A model generated the notes under the pieces. That model was not told the DNA's origin. It saw only the letters and a program-made list of their open reading frames with translations, and ran no database searches. A DNA stretch of 64,000 nt from Candidatus Multivoradales bacterium (GTDB lineage: Bacteria > Acidobacteriota > Thermoanaerobaculia > Multivoradales > J023): assembly GCA_965248925.1 (NCBI GenBank), contig CBDFLE010000005.1, positions 1,408,001-1,472,000 of the forward strand. Reading direction: 5' to 3'. The translations under genes and the position numbers were made by a program. Shown one piece after another: positions 32,543 to 42,613 of the stretch; position 1 is the stretch's first letter; every line of letters starts with the position of its first letter.

Positions 32543-35387
32543 TGCGTGCGCCGCGGGGCCCTTTCCGCGAGACATCTTGGAGATCGTATTGTAGGTCTCA
32601 TTCGCCAAGTTTGAGTGGTACGATTTGGATCGCTTGAGCTTTCCGCTGATCAGATCTCCGATTTTTCGATTGCCAAACCCACCGGGGCCTACGGGCATCA
32701 TGCCTATTTTGCAAACTCCGGCATCGACACAATCCATGAAGTTTCCGCTCTGTGGTAATCTAAAGGATTCCAGGATCAACGCCGTAAAACTTTTCTTTGT
32801 TCCCTCTGAGGAGGTCCCTGCCGTGACTTGTAAATCGCGATCTGAAGGAATGGATGTGGAATCCGTCGAACTCTCTTGTGAAAACTCACTGATCACATCG
32901 ATAGATGATGAAAAACAGAGCCCTAGCAAACAAGGGTCAATAATAAATGCAAATCCGTCAAGCGGTGTTGCCCCAGAAGGATCATTGAAGAGAAGGGGAC
33001 GATTGTTAACATAAGAAACACGATTCCACGAGCGGGATTGCGGGATGGGAGTACCGTCGGTAGCCGGATCTACACTCAAGAACCGCCCCACCACCGGACT
33101 GCAATGCCGAGCATGCATGTAGTCAAGCTCACTCTTCGCCCCCACGCCGTTCTTGTCTCGCTCATGCCCGGTAAACTTCAGCTGAAACTCATCCGAGCTA
33201 GCACTGGTTGCCTCCTGCCCAAACGGATAGTAACTGTGCTGCGCCACTTGGGTGCCATTCTTCGTCACCTGCCGTGGTGTACCGAGATGATCTAGATGAA
33301 AGCTGTAAGTCTCTTCGACACCACTGGCGTCCGGGTCTACCGAGGCTAGGAGCTGTCCACCCCGGTAGACGTAGTCCCGCTCCCACTCGAAGCTTTCGCC
33401 CCGCGGATGGGTGAAGACCCGCAGCACCTCGTTGCCGAGCCCGCGCAAGGTCCAGGTCTCGCTGGCCGGGCTGCTGACGCAGCTGCTGCCGGCGGCGCTG
33501 AAGCAGCTGAAGGTGACGATGCGCTCGTCGTCAGCGTTGTAGATGTACACGCTCGCCTGGTCGGTGTTGCTTTGCAGGTGCTTCATCATGTTGGCGGCGT
33601 CGTAGGTGTACTGGTAGATCTCCGAGCTACTGTAACGCACGCGGGTCAGGTTGCCGCCAGCGTCGTACACCGTGCCGCTGAGGCCGAGGCGGTTGGTGCT
33701 GCTGCTCGGGCTCATGGTCTGGCTGGCGCCGTGGGTGACCATCTGGGTAAGGTTGCCGAAGTTGTCATAGCTCGCGGTCTGTAGGCGGTCGTTGCTGCCG
33801 ACTTTTACCTCGCCGCTGACCAGGCGCTGGAATCGGTCATAGCGATATTGCAAGGAGCCGATGCGGTGGATATTTCCGGCTCCGTCGTAGTCGAAGGTGC
33901 CGGTGTCCCAGCCGGCGTTGGTAGAGATGCGCTCGGGCCGGGCGAGGCCGGAGGGATCGACCTGGCGGGTCTCGGTGATGCCGCTCTGGTGGCTGATCTG
34001 GGTCAGCATGCCGCCGCTCTGGTAGCTGAGGCTGGAGGCGAAACCGGGGACCGCGGTGAGGAAGCCCTTGTCGTAGGCGAAGCTCACCTGCCGCGGTGGG
34101 CTGACCTGATCGCAGCTGTCGTTGCTGTGCAGGCAGTCAGGATAGTCGAGGGTCGCGAGGTTGCCTTGCAGATCGAAGGTGAAGCCGGCCTGGAAGGCGT
34201 AGTGGCCGACGCCGAGCTGATAGCGAGTCTGGCGCTCGGACATCCGGCCGCCACGACCCGCGTAGACGAAGCTCTCGGAGACCCGGACATCGAGGAAGCC
34301 GGGATTGGCGTTCAGCGGATTCACCAGATCCACCCAATTGTGGCGGGTGGTCTGCACCAGCTTGCCGGCCCGCTTGTCGAGACCTACGTTCTGGCGGCCG
34401 TAGCGGAACTCCTTCAGCCGGCGTGGGTTGCCCCCGTTGTTCTCGTCGACGCGGATCAAGCGAGCCGCTGGATCATAGAAATAGTCGAGGTCAAATTCGG
34501 TGGAGCCACCGATGCGTTTGCTCAAAACGCTGCCACGAGCATCATAGGAATAGGTCGTGGCGCCGTTGCCCACTGGGCCGACTTCGGGATGGGTCTCGGA
34601 GGTCAGGAAGCTGCGACCGTCATAGTTGAAGAAGCGTTGCTGGCCACAGGTCGATCCAGTCCGATTCTGGCAAACGTGGGTGAGCCGCGAGCCGGCGTCG
34701 TAGGCGTAGCGAGTCAGCAAGCCGCCCGCGTTGCAGCTGCCATTCCAGGCCGCCGATCTGCCTTCACAAACCTCGAACAATCGGCCCTGGCCATCGGAGA
34801 TCTCGGTGTTGTAGGTGTCTTCTTGCACTCCGGAGGCGAGCATCACTTTGAACCGCCGCGTCTTGGTGCGTTCGCCCTCGTAGCTGAGGAATGTGGCCGG
34901 CTGGCTTGGTGGGGTGATCCTGCCGGGGCGGCCGAAGTTGTCGTACTGCTCGTACTTGGTGACGCGGCTGTCGGAAGTGGCGTTAAGGGTCCACACCGAT
35001 TCCGCGGTCTTCCAGGCCCGCGGGTTGAAGCTCATGTGGCGGTACCACCTCACCCCGCCGGGCAACTGTACCTGCTCTTTGACCCGGCGGCCGAGGCCGT
35101 CGAAAGTGTGCTGGCGGTAGGCCAGCAGGCCGGAGCCCGAGCAAGCGGCGGTGGTGACGCATTGCTCTTCGGTCAGTAGCGGCACCAGGTTGAAGTTGCT
35201 CTGGGTGGCCAGCCGGTAGGTGTAGCGGCGCACTGCTTCGCTCTCGGGAAACTCATGGGTCAATCGGCCCTGCCGGTCATAGAGGAAGTCGATCTTGACC
35301 CCGGCGCTGTCTCGGCTGCGTTTGACCAGGCCGGTGTTCTTGTCGAGATCGTAGTCGGCCAGTTTGAGCAGCACCTCGCTGGTGGCG
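32543..35387 (-). pseudogene. Rhs/YD-repeat polymorphic toxin fragment lacking N-terminus and toxin end
   Basis: YD repeats; core FHLDHLGTPRQ, YYPFG, KFTGHERD, GRFLSVDP, NDPSG; AT-richer C-terminal tip. Frame runs into the repeat at both ends; no clear RBS or immunity gene. Confidence 0.85.
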
Positions 35388-35532
35388 CCGCTTCATAAGG
35401 TGCCTGGCACCTATTTCCGTCGCACCTATTTCCGCTTCATAAGGTGCCTGGCACCTATTTCCGGCACCTATTTCCGTCGGCAAGCAGCTAAGCAAGCAGC
35501 CCGCTTCATAAGGTGCCTGGCACCTATTTCCG
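35388..35532. repeat. Cluster of three full and two half copies of the REP-like repeat
   Basis: CCGCTTCATAAGGTGCCTGGCACCTATTTCCG at 35388, 35432, 35501; half copies GCACCTATTTCCG at 35422 and 35464. Confidence 0.92.
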
Positions 35533-35702
35533 AGAAACGCACCCCCGCCAATCGTGGCCGCTGTTGAAGTAGTTGGCCTAGGCCGTTGTTGAGTTTCTCT
35601 CCCTGGCTTGACGTAGTACGGTATTCTCTCAAGTAACTAGTCTTAGATTCTTCGAATGCGCCGCCCGGAAGCCGCCGGCTGCCAAGTGTAGGGGGCAGGA
35701 GT

Positions 35703-36236
35703 ATGTCGTGCATCAGCTGGACGCGCCTACCGCGCCTGCCTAGGGCTGGTGTCATGGCTGCTTTATTGATCCTCGCCCAGGGTTCCGCAGCGGCGGCGGG
35801 GGAGAAGCAAATCTACGGCTGGGCGGAGCATGTGACGCTGCCCAAGGTGCGATTCGAGCTCACCGCCAAACTGGACACCGGCGCCGATCACTCTTCCCTG
35901 AACGCGATCGGAATTCGCCGGGTTCGGCGGGGAGACAAGCGCTATGTGCGCTTCTCGGTGGCCGACCCCAGCACCGGTGAGCTGGTGGAGCTGCGGCGGC
36001 CCTACCTTCGCCGGACGCGCATAAAGCGCCACCAAGGCAGTGCCGAGGGGCGCTATGTGGTGATGATGGAGGTCTGCCTCGGGGACCATCGGCGCGAGGT
36101 TGAGGTCAGTCTGGTCGATCGCAGTGAGTTCAACTACCCCTTGTTGCTGGGCCGCAGTGCTCTGGAAGGAATCGCCGTGGTGGACCCGGAGCTGACCTTT
36201 ACCACGCCACCGACCTGCGCTCCGGAGGAAGAGTGA
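35703..36236 (+). CDS. Retropepsin-like protease (DUF785 / putative ATP-dependent Zn protease family)
   Basis: GWAE, AKLDTGADHSSL, LVDRSEFNYPLLLGR. Confidence 0.85.
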   Translation: MSCISWTRLPRLPRAGVMAALLILAQGSAAAAGEKQIYGWAEHVTLPKVRFELTAKLDTGADHSSLNAIGIRRVRRGDKRYVRFSVADPSTGELVELRRPYLRRTRIKRHQGSAEGRYVVMMEVCLGDHRREVEVSLVDRSEFNYPLLLGRSALEGIAVVDPELTFTTPPTCAPEEE

Positions 36237-37759
36237 CCACTCGCCAGCTACTCCTGTGGGTGGGCGTGCTGAGCGCCGCCGGCCTTGGGATCTTCCTCTA
36301 CAAGTTGTTGGTTCTGGGCCTGCCTTTGTCTGCGAACTCGGAAACCGAGGTCTGGAACATACAGGCGCGAGTGAGCTTCCTGGCCTCCGGCGGGCCGGTG
36401 AAGGCCAGGCTGGAGATTCCCACCGGGATGCCTGGCTTCGGCATCTTGGACGAGCACTTCGTCAGCCGCGGCTACGGCCTGCGGACCGAGCTCGAGGGTG
36501 ACCGCCGCCAAGCACAGTGGGCGATCCGCAGTGCGAACGGACAGCAGAATCTCTACTACCGGGCTGCGATCTACCCGGATCCGGCGCGTTCCGAACTCGC
36601 CGCCGAGCCGCCACCGCCACCGGTGCCGGAGTTGGAGGAGCCCTTTCTCACCGCCTTGACCGCGCTGGTCACCGAGGTCCGCAGCCAATCCGCCGATGTC
36701 TCGACCTTCACCTCGGAAATGCTGGCCCGGACCCTCGACCCTTCGCCGAGCGAAGATGTCGATCTGCTGCTCGGAAGAGCCCAGACCCCGGGGGAGCGCG
36801 CGCAGGTCTTGGTCGAGCTGCTGGCGGGAGCGCGCATTCCAGCGCGGGTGGCCAATGGCCTGAGGCTCGAGGAGCGCCAGGCGCGGGCCGACTTCTTGCC
36901 CTGGCTCGAGGTCTACAATGGCGAGGAGTGGCTGTTCTTCGACCCGGCGAGCGGTGAGCAGCAGCGACCGGCCGACTTGCTGCTGTGGTGGCGTGGTGGC
37001 TCGGAAATGCTCGAGATCTCTGGTGGCCGGCGAGCCAACACGCAGGTCTCCGTGCAGCGCGACACGATCGGCACCATGGAAGTGGCCGAGCGCCGTGCCG
37101 AGCTGCTGGGTTCGCGGATGGTGGAGTTTTCGCTGCTCGGGCTGCCACTGCAGACCCAGACCGTGTACGGGGTAGTGCTGCTGATCCCGATCGGGGCTTT
37201 GCTCCTGGTGCTGCTGCGCAATGTGGTGGGCATCAAGACCTTCGGCACTTTCACCCCGGTGCTGGTGGCGCTGGCTTTCCGCGAGACCCGGCTACTCTGG
37301 GGCATTGTTCTGTTCTGCCTAGTGGTAACCCTGGGATTGGCCATCCGCTTCTATCTAGAGCGTTTACGGCTGCTGCTGGTGCCGCGACTGGCAGCGGTGC
37401 TGACGGTAGTGGTTCTGGTGATGGCCACGGTGAGTGTGCTTTCCAATCGGTTGGGTATGGAGCGCGGGCTGTCGGTGGCCCTCTTTCCACTGGTCATCCT
37501 GACCATGGCGATCGAGCGCATGTCAGTGGTGTGGGAAGAGCGCGGCGCCAGGGAGGCAATCGAGGAGGGACTTGGCAGCCTGTTGGTGGCTGCCCTTGCT
37601 TATCTGGCGATGAGCTTCTCCTTCCTCGAGCACCTGCTGTTCGTTTTTCCTGAGCTACTCTTGCTGGTGCTGGCAGCCATCCTGCTACTCGGCCGCTATC
37701 GCGGCTATCGGCTGCTCGAGCTGCGGCGCTTCCGCGCCCTGGCCAGGGAGAGCGCCTGA
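36233..37759 (+). CDS. Inactive transglutaminase fused to 7TM domain
   Basis: GIKTFGTFTPVL, LLLVPRLAAVL, LFPLVILTMAIER. Confidence 0.85.
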   Translation: MTTRQLLLWVGVLSAAGLGIFLYKLLVLGLPLSANSETEVWNIQARVSFLASGGPVKARLEIPTGMPGFGILDEHFVSRGYGLRTELEGDRRQAQWAIRSANGQQNLYYRAAIYPDPARSELAAEPPPPPVPELEEPFLTALTALVTEVRSQSADVSTFTSEMLARTLDPSPSEDVDLLLGRAQTPGERAQVLVELLAGARIPARVANGLRLEERQARADFLPWLEVYNGEEWLFFDPASGEQQRPADLLLWWRGGSEMLEISGGRRANTQVSVQRDTIGTMEVAERRAELLGSRMVEFSLLGLPLQTQTVYGVVLLIPIGALLLVLLRNVVGIKTFGTFTPVLVALAFRETRLLWGIVLFCLVVTLGLAIRFYLERLRLLLVPRLAAVLTVVVLVMATVSVLSNRLGMERGLSVALFPLVILTMAIERMSVVWEERGAREAIEEGLGSLLVAALAYLAMSFSFLEHLLFVFPELLLLVLAAILLLGRYRGYRLLELRRFRALARESA

Positions 37760-38712
37760 TGCTGGGATTGGCGCGCGCGCTTCGCGCCCGCGGGATCCTG
37801 GGCCTGAACAAGCGCAACGGCGACTACATCGCGCGCTACAACTCACGTCGACTCTATCCATTGGTCGACGACAAGCTGCTGACCAAGAGTTTGGCACTCG
37901 AGGCTGGCATGGCGGTACCCGAGCTCTATGGTGTGACCACCGCCCAACACGAGATCAGCCAACTGCCCAGCCTGTTGACCGGGCACGAGGACTTCGTGCT
38001 CAAGCCAGCTCGGGGTAGCGGTGGCAACGGAATCTTGGTCATCACCGGTACCCTCGAAGGCCGCTATCGCCGGCCAGGCGGCCAGTTGCTGAGGGAGGAA
38101 GAGCTCGGGCACCACGTCTCCGGTATCCTCTCCGGCCTGTACAGCCTGGGCGGGCAGCGGGACCGGGCGATGTTGGAATACCGGGTGCGTTTCGACCCCC
38201 TGTTCGAGCAGGTCACGTTCCAGGGTGTGCCCGACATCCGGGTGATCGTCTTCCTCGGCCATCCGGCCATGGCCATGGTGCGCCTGCCGACCCGCTACTC
38301 GGACGGCAAGGCCAATCTGCACCAAGGTGCGATCGGCGCTGGCATCGACCTGGCCACCGGCCGCACCCTCGCCGGCGTGCTCGGCAACGACGTGGTGCGC
38401 GCCCACCCCGATACTGGCCAGTCGATCCGCGGCCTCGAGATTCCCGGTTGGCAGACGATCCTCGAACTCGCGGCGCGCTGCTTCGAGATCACCGGTCTCG
38501 GCTACCTGGGAGTAGACATCGTCCTCGACGACGAGCGCGGCCCGCTGATCCTCGAGCTCAACGCCCGGCCCGGTCTCAACATTCAAATCGCCAACGGCCA
38601 GGGCCTGCGTAGCCGCCTGGAGCGGATCGCTGCCGAGACCGATCCCGACGCCCCCACAGGCACCCGCGTTGCCTTCTCCAGAGCGAGTTTCCGTCACCAG
38701 GGCGGGGCCTGA
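37759..38712 (+). CDS. Alpha-L-glutamate ligase-like ATP-grasp protein (RimK-related)
   Basis: GILGLNKRN, VDDKLLTK, KPARGSGGNGI, GKANLHQGA, LELNARPGLNIQIAN. Confidence 0.9.
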   Translation: MLGLARALRARGILGLNKRNGDYIARYNSRRLYPLVDDKLLTKSLALEAGMAVPELYGVTTAQHEISQLPSLLTGHEDFVLKPARGSGGNGILVITGTLEGRYRRPGGQLLREEELGHHVSGILSGLYSLGGQRDRAMLEYRVRFDPLFEQVTFQGVPDIRVIVFLGHPAMAMVRLPTRYSDGKANLHQGAIGAGIDLATGRTLAGVLGNDVVRAHPDTGQSIRGLEIPGWQTILELAARCFEITGLGYLGVDIVLDDERGPLILELNARPGLNIQIANGQGLRSRLERIAAETDPDAPTGTRVAFSRASFRHQGGA

Positions 38713-38821
38713 ACAGCCAAGGGGGGCCTTTGACTACAAGCGAAAAATGGCCAGTCCGAGACAAGCGCGTTTGATGAGTCGCGAAGGGCACCTGCCGAGC
38801 CCAGCTGCTGTCGGTCCAGTA

Positions 38822-38835
38822 GCACCTATTTCTGC
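38822..38835. repeat. Half copy of the REP-like repeat
   Basis: GCACCTATTTCTGC, identical to 32532-32545; intergenic. Confidence 0.65.
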
Positions 38836-38943
38836 AGCCAGGCGAGCTTCAAAGCGCCGGCTTCGAGCTTCTGAGCGAGCACCCCTTGCCGCAGCTCGAA
38901 GACAACTATATGCTGCGTTTCGAGCGTCGCTGAGCAGGGGTTA

Positions 38944-41139
38944 TTGATGGGCGAACCGAAGAGTAGCGTGGCAAGCGAGGTGGGAACGCCAGCGATGGCT
39001 TCACACCGGTCGGCCTTCACCGTGGTGTTTTGGGCCAGTTTCCTGGGGTTGTTCCTCGAGCTGGCCTTGATCCGCTGGGTGTCGAGCGAGATCCGCGTCT
39101 TCGCTTACTGCAAGAACCTGGTGTTGGTCGCTTGCTTTCTGGGATTTGGCGCTGGCTGCTTCTTGGCGCGGCGCAAGATAGAGCTGCTGCGGTCGATGTT
39201 CGTCTTGCTGCTGCTCGTTCTGGTAGTGCGTCTGCCGTGGCAATCGCTGCAAGAGTTCGGCCCCCGTCGGGTCAGCGACATCTTGGCCGAGTTCTCCGGT
39301 TTCATGATCTTTCACCAGCAGGTCGAAGGGCGGTGGACCGAACTCGGTCAGCTGCTCTTCGCGATCGGCTGGACCAGCGTGATGTTCTTCGCCGCGGCCT
39401 ACATCATGGTGCCCTTCGGTCAGCTCACCGCCGCCGCCATCAGCAAATTCGACAGCCCGGTGCGGGCCTACTCGATCAACGTCGCCGGCAGCCTGCTCGG
39501 CATCCTCACCTTTAGTTTGATGAGCAGCATCGGCACGCCGCCACTGATCTGGTTCGTACCGATCGTTTTGGGTTGTTTGATCTTTGTCGACAGCTCGGCG
39601 GGCGCCGATTCGCCCTCGACGGCGGCGCCGCGCTGGCAAGCCCAGGCGCTCATCGGCCTGGCCCTGGCGATGACCCTGGTGATGCTGCCCGACAATCGGC
39701 CCAGCTTCAGAACCTTTTGGTCGGGCTATCAGAAGCTGTCGGTATTCGAAGGCCGTGAACCGGGAGTCGCCTGGCATATTTTCGTCAACAACACCGGCTT
39801 TCAGAACTTGCGCCCACAGCCCACCTTGGCAGAGAGCGGCGACATCTCGATCGATCGTTTCTCCATGCCTTATGCCTTCCGTCGACCCGCCGGCAAGGTC
39901 CTGATCGTCGGCGCCGGCAGCGGCAACGACGCCGCCATAGCGCTCAGGGCCGGGGCCACCTCGGTGACCGCGGTCGAGATCGACCGCAAGATCTACGAGC
40001 TCGGAGCAGAGCTCCATCCGCAAGCTCCGTACTCGGACCCGCGAGTCGAAGTGGTGATTGACGACGCCCGCAACTACTTGAAAAGGAGCCATGAGCTCTT
40101 CGATGTCATCGTCTTCAGCCACCTTGACTCGCATGCCCTGCTGTCCTCTTACACCAATGTCCGATTGGACAACTACATCTACACCGTCGAGGCGCTCCGC
40201 GAGGCGCGCAGCCGCCTGGCGCCCGGCGGTATCGTCTATATCTCCTTTTTCGCCCAAGAAGCCTTCGTCGGCCATCGCCTGGCGACCAATCTTGAGGCCG
40301 CTTTCGGACACCCACCGGTCTACCTGCAGAGCGCCCGGCGTCAGGGAGATCGCGAAGTGCTGCACAATGTTTATCTGCTGACCGGCGAAGCCGAGGTTCA
40401 AGAGCAGCTCCAGGCGGCGGCCGCGGGGTGGAGTGACTTCGCGGCGGTACCGGCAACCCATGAGGTAGATCCCTCCACTGATGCGTGGCCTTTCTTGCCG
40501 CTCGAAAAGCGCTCTATCCCGCCTTTTATATTGCTGATCTCGATCGTCATCCTGGCCCTTTCGCTGATCTTCGTGCTCGCCGCGCGCCCCTCCGGCGCCG
40601 CGTTCGATGGCCGAGTCTTCTGGCTTGGCGCCGCCTTCATGTTGCTCGAAGTCCACAACGTCTCACGCCTGGCGCTGGTCTTCGGCACCACCTGGAAGGT
40701 CAACGCCTGGGTGGTCGGAGTGATCTTAGGCCTGATTCTGCTGGCCAACGCCACCTATCTGGCACTGAGCCGCCGCGGTCGCCGGCCTGGCCGGTGGGCG
40801 GTAGGCGGGCTATTCGCGACCCTGGCGGCGGCCTGGTTGGTGCCCTTGGAGACCTTCATCGGAGCGGACCTGGTCTGGGGGCCCGCCGCCGCCACCCTGC
40901 TGCTGTCGGCGCCGATCTATTTCGCTGGCCTGGTGTTTGCCGAGGCCTTCGCGGAGAGTGCCGCGCCGGGCTTCGCCCTGGGCTGGAACATCCTCGGAGC
41001 CGTGACCGGCGGGATGCTCGAAAACCTCTCCTATGTCGCTGGAATTCCAGCCCTGGTGCCGCTCGCGGCGCTGCTCTACCTGGCGGCGATCGCCTGGCCG
41101 CGCTCGCCGGTCTCGGCGCCCATCCGACAACCGGCTTGA
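38944..41139 (+). CDS. Membrane protein with spermidine-synthase-like SAM-binding domain
   Basis: LFLELALIRW, AYSINVAGSLLG, VLIVGAGSGND, AVEID, DDARNY, TDAWPF. Confidence 0.85.
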   Translation: MMGEPKSSVASEVGTPAMASHRSAFTVVFWASFLGLFLELALIRWVSSEIRVFAYCKNLVLVACFLGFGAGCFLARRKIELLRSMFVLLLLVLVVRLPWQSLQEFGPRRVSDILAEFSGFMIFHQQVEGRWTELGQLLFAIGWTSVMFFAAAYIMVPFGQLTAAAISKFDSPVRAYSINVAGSLLGILTFSLMSSIGTPPLIWFVPIVLGCLIFVDSSAGADSPSTAAPRWQAQALIGLALAMTLVMLPDNRPSFRTFWSGYQKLSVFEGREPGVAWHIFVNNTGFQNLRPQPTLAESGDISIDRFSMPYAFRRPAGKVLIVGAGSGNDAAIALRAGATSVTAVEIDRKIYELGAELHPQAPYSDPRVEVVIDDARNYLKRSHELFDVIVFSHLDSHALLSSYTNVRLDNYIYTVEALREARSRLAPGGIVYISFFAQEAFVGHRLATNLEAAFGHPPVYLQSARRQGDREVLHNVYLLTGEAEVQEQLQAAAAGWSDFAAVPATHEVDPSTDAWPFLPLEKRSIPPFILLISIVILALSLIFVLAARPSGAAFDGRVFWLGAAFMLLEVHNVSRLALVFGTTWKVNAWVVGVILGLILLANATYLALSRRGRRPGRWAVGGLFATLAAAWLVPLETFIGADLVWGPAAATLLLSAPIYFAGLVFAEAFAESAAPGFALGWNILGAVTGGMLENLSYVAGIPALVPLAALLYLAAIAWPRSPVSAPIRQPA

Positions 41140-41680
41140 GCACCTCGGTACCGACGCGTCGTGTTCCTACCGCTGCCAAGACAGGCCAGCTTCCCGGCCG
41201 TCGCCGGTTGCGAAGACCCGCCGCAAGTACCCCGCACGGACCAGCCCTCAAGACCCCTCCGGCGGCCAATTGTAAGAACGCCTTCCGCGGGATAGGATCT
41301 CTTCACAGAGTTAGTTTTCTGGTTCATCCGGGAAATGAGGAGGTGCTGGTCTCGCCGGACTGGTCATTCCAGTCCAGGCAGGCCCGCTGAGGTTTGGCGA
41401 GCCCCGCCGCTCGCTGAGTGTGGCGCCATCGGCTGACCGCCTCAAGGGTACGCTTCGCCGGCTCCTTCCCTCCTGCCGCCCCTGACCCGGCCAGCCGCTG
41501 TCGCTCCTGTAGGCCTGTAGGCGACGGGGAAAAGGCGATCTCGACGCAATCAAGCTGGTCTGGGCACCGAATCGAGCTGTTCTGTGAGCAGAGGACTAGG
41601 GGGGACTTGAGAGTTGTCGCCATGTCGATCATCCTGGTCGTATCTCCGCGTCATATGTGCCTTCTATGAGTCGGACGGTT

Positions 41681-41904
41681 CAAGTCAAGCAGAATGGTGG
41701 ATTCTGGTCGATGATTTCTCGCTGGTGACTGGGTCTGATCGGACGAACTTCTATTCGCACTCTTTGAGGCCTGATCGGAGGCCGGTGCATTACGAGCTTT
41801 GCGTCTAGAGACCCAAAGAGGGCGCTCCCATCTGGCACACGGAGTCCAAGCTCCAAGACAAACGTGGCCGTTCTAAGTCTTTTTTTTCTGTGAGTTTGTG
41901 GTGT
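41681..41904 (-). ncRNA. Candidate bridge RNA / seekRNA of the IS1111-type element
   Basis: Non-coding region downstream of the transposase with segments matching target+core (GTGCCAG) and donor junction (ATAGAAG, TCATC) in the expected order. Boundaries approximate. Confidence 0.65.
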
Positions 41905-42613
41905 TCAAACAGTCTGTGGAAAAGCGCGGAAGATGTCGCCAGAGATCCAGATCCGGTGGAGCACAACGGAGATCTTTCAGCCGAACCATCAGCTCATCAT
42001 CCTCGGAGAGCGACTCCAGCTGAGCACTCAGCTCCGCGATCTGCTGGTTCAGCTGAACGATCATCTCCAGCAGAGGATCCAGCACCAGGCGAAGCTCGTC
42101 CTCGACCTTCAGGCGGACGAAGCGGTCAACGAAGCGCCGGGTCTCACAACGCGACATCCGGTAGCCATGGGAGCGCAGCGTCCCTCGGATCGAGTTGATC
42201 AGTCTGGTGCGATTTCTCACCAGCTCGGTGCGAACCCGCAGGCGCGTCCGCAGAAGCTGCGCTGCTTTGCTACGCTGATACACGCTACCCAGCAACACAC
42301 CGTCGAAGCGACTCAGCCGAGCCAAGATCTCCGCATCGATCGTGTCGCTCTTCAGCGTGCTCTCAGCGATCAAACGCACCCACCGCGGGTTGACCACGAT
42401 GACCTCATGGCCCCAGCTCTTCAAGAGCCGATACAACCAGGGAGTCACAGTGCCACACTCCATCACTAGCCGAGAGCGCTCCCGCTTGGCGAAGAATCGC
42501 CGCAGCGAAGTCTCCGTGGTTGCGACTTGCCGGCGCTCCAGGACACGACCTCGGGAGGAAAGAACGTAGATCTCGCTGTACTTTGTGTGAGCGTCGATGC
42601 CAACAGGGTCCAT
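41905..42613 (-). pseudogene. IS110 transposase, internally deleted and frameshifted
   Basis: DEDD RuvC part (VGIDAH, VMECG, VNP, KSDTIDAEILA). After LMVRLK a different frame gives the family C-terminus KISVVLHRIWISGDIFRAFPQTV*; the Tnp20 region between is missing. Confidence 0.85.

Noticed and set aside
33848-35179. Long antisense or alternative-frame ORFs (also 39001-40656, 6060-7112, 28683-29822, 51867-52841)
   Set aside because: They overlap well-supported genes and are typical of high-GC codon bias; no motifs.
32435-35374. Intact 979-aa Rhs protein as listed in the ORF track
   Set aside because: The start is an internal codon without a clear RBS, and the last residues come from the repeat, the RAYT tail and IS4.
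35388-35532. CRISPR array (32-nt palindromic direct repeats)
   Set aside because: Spacers are irregular and largely made of repeat halves, there are no cas genes, and the same motif occurs singly elsewhere near a RAYT.
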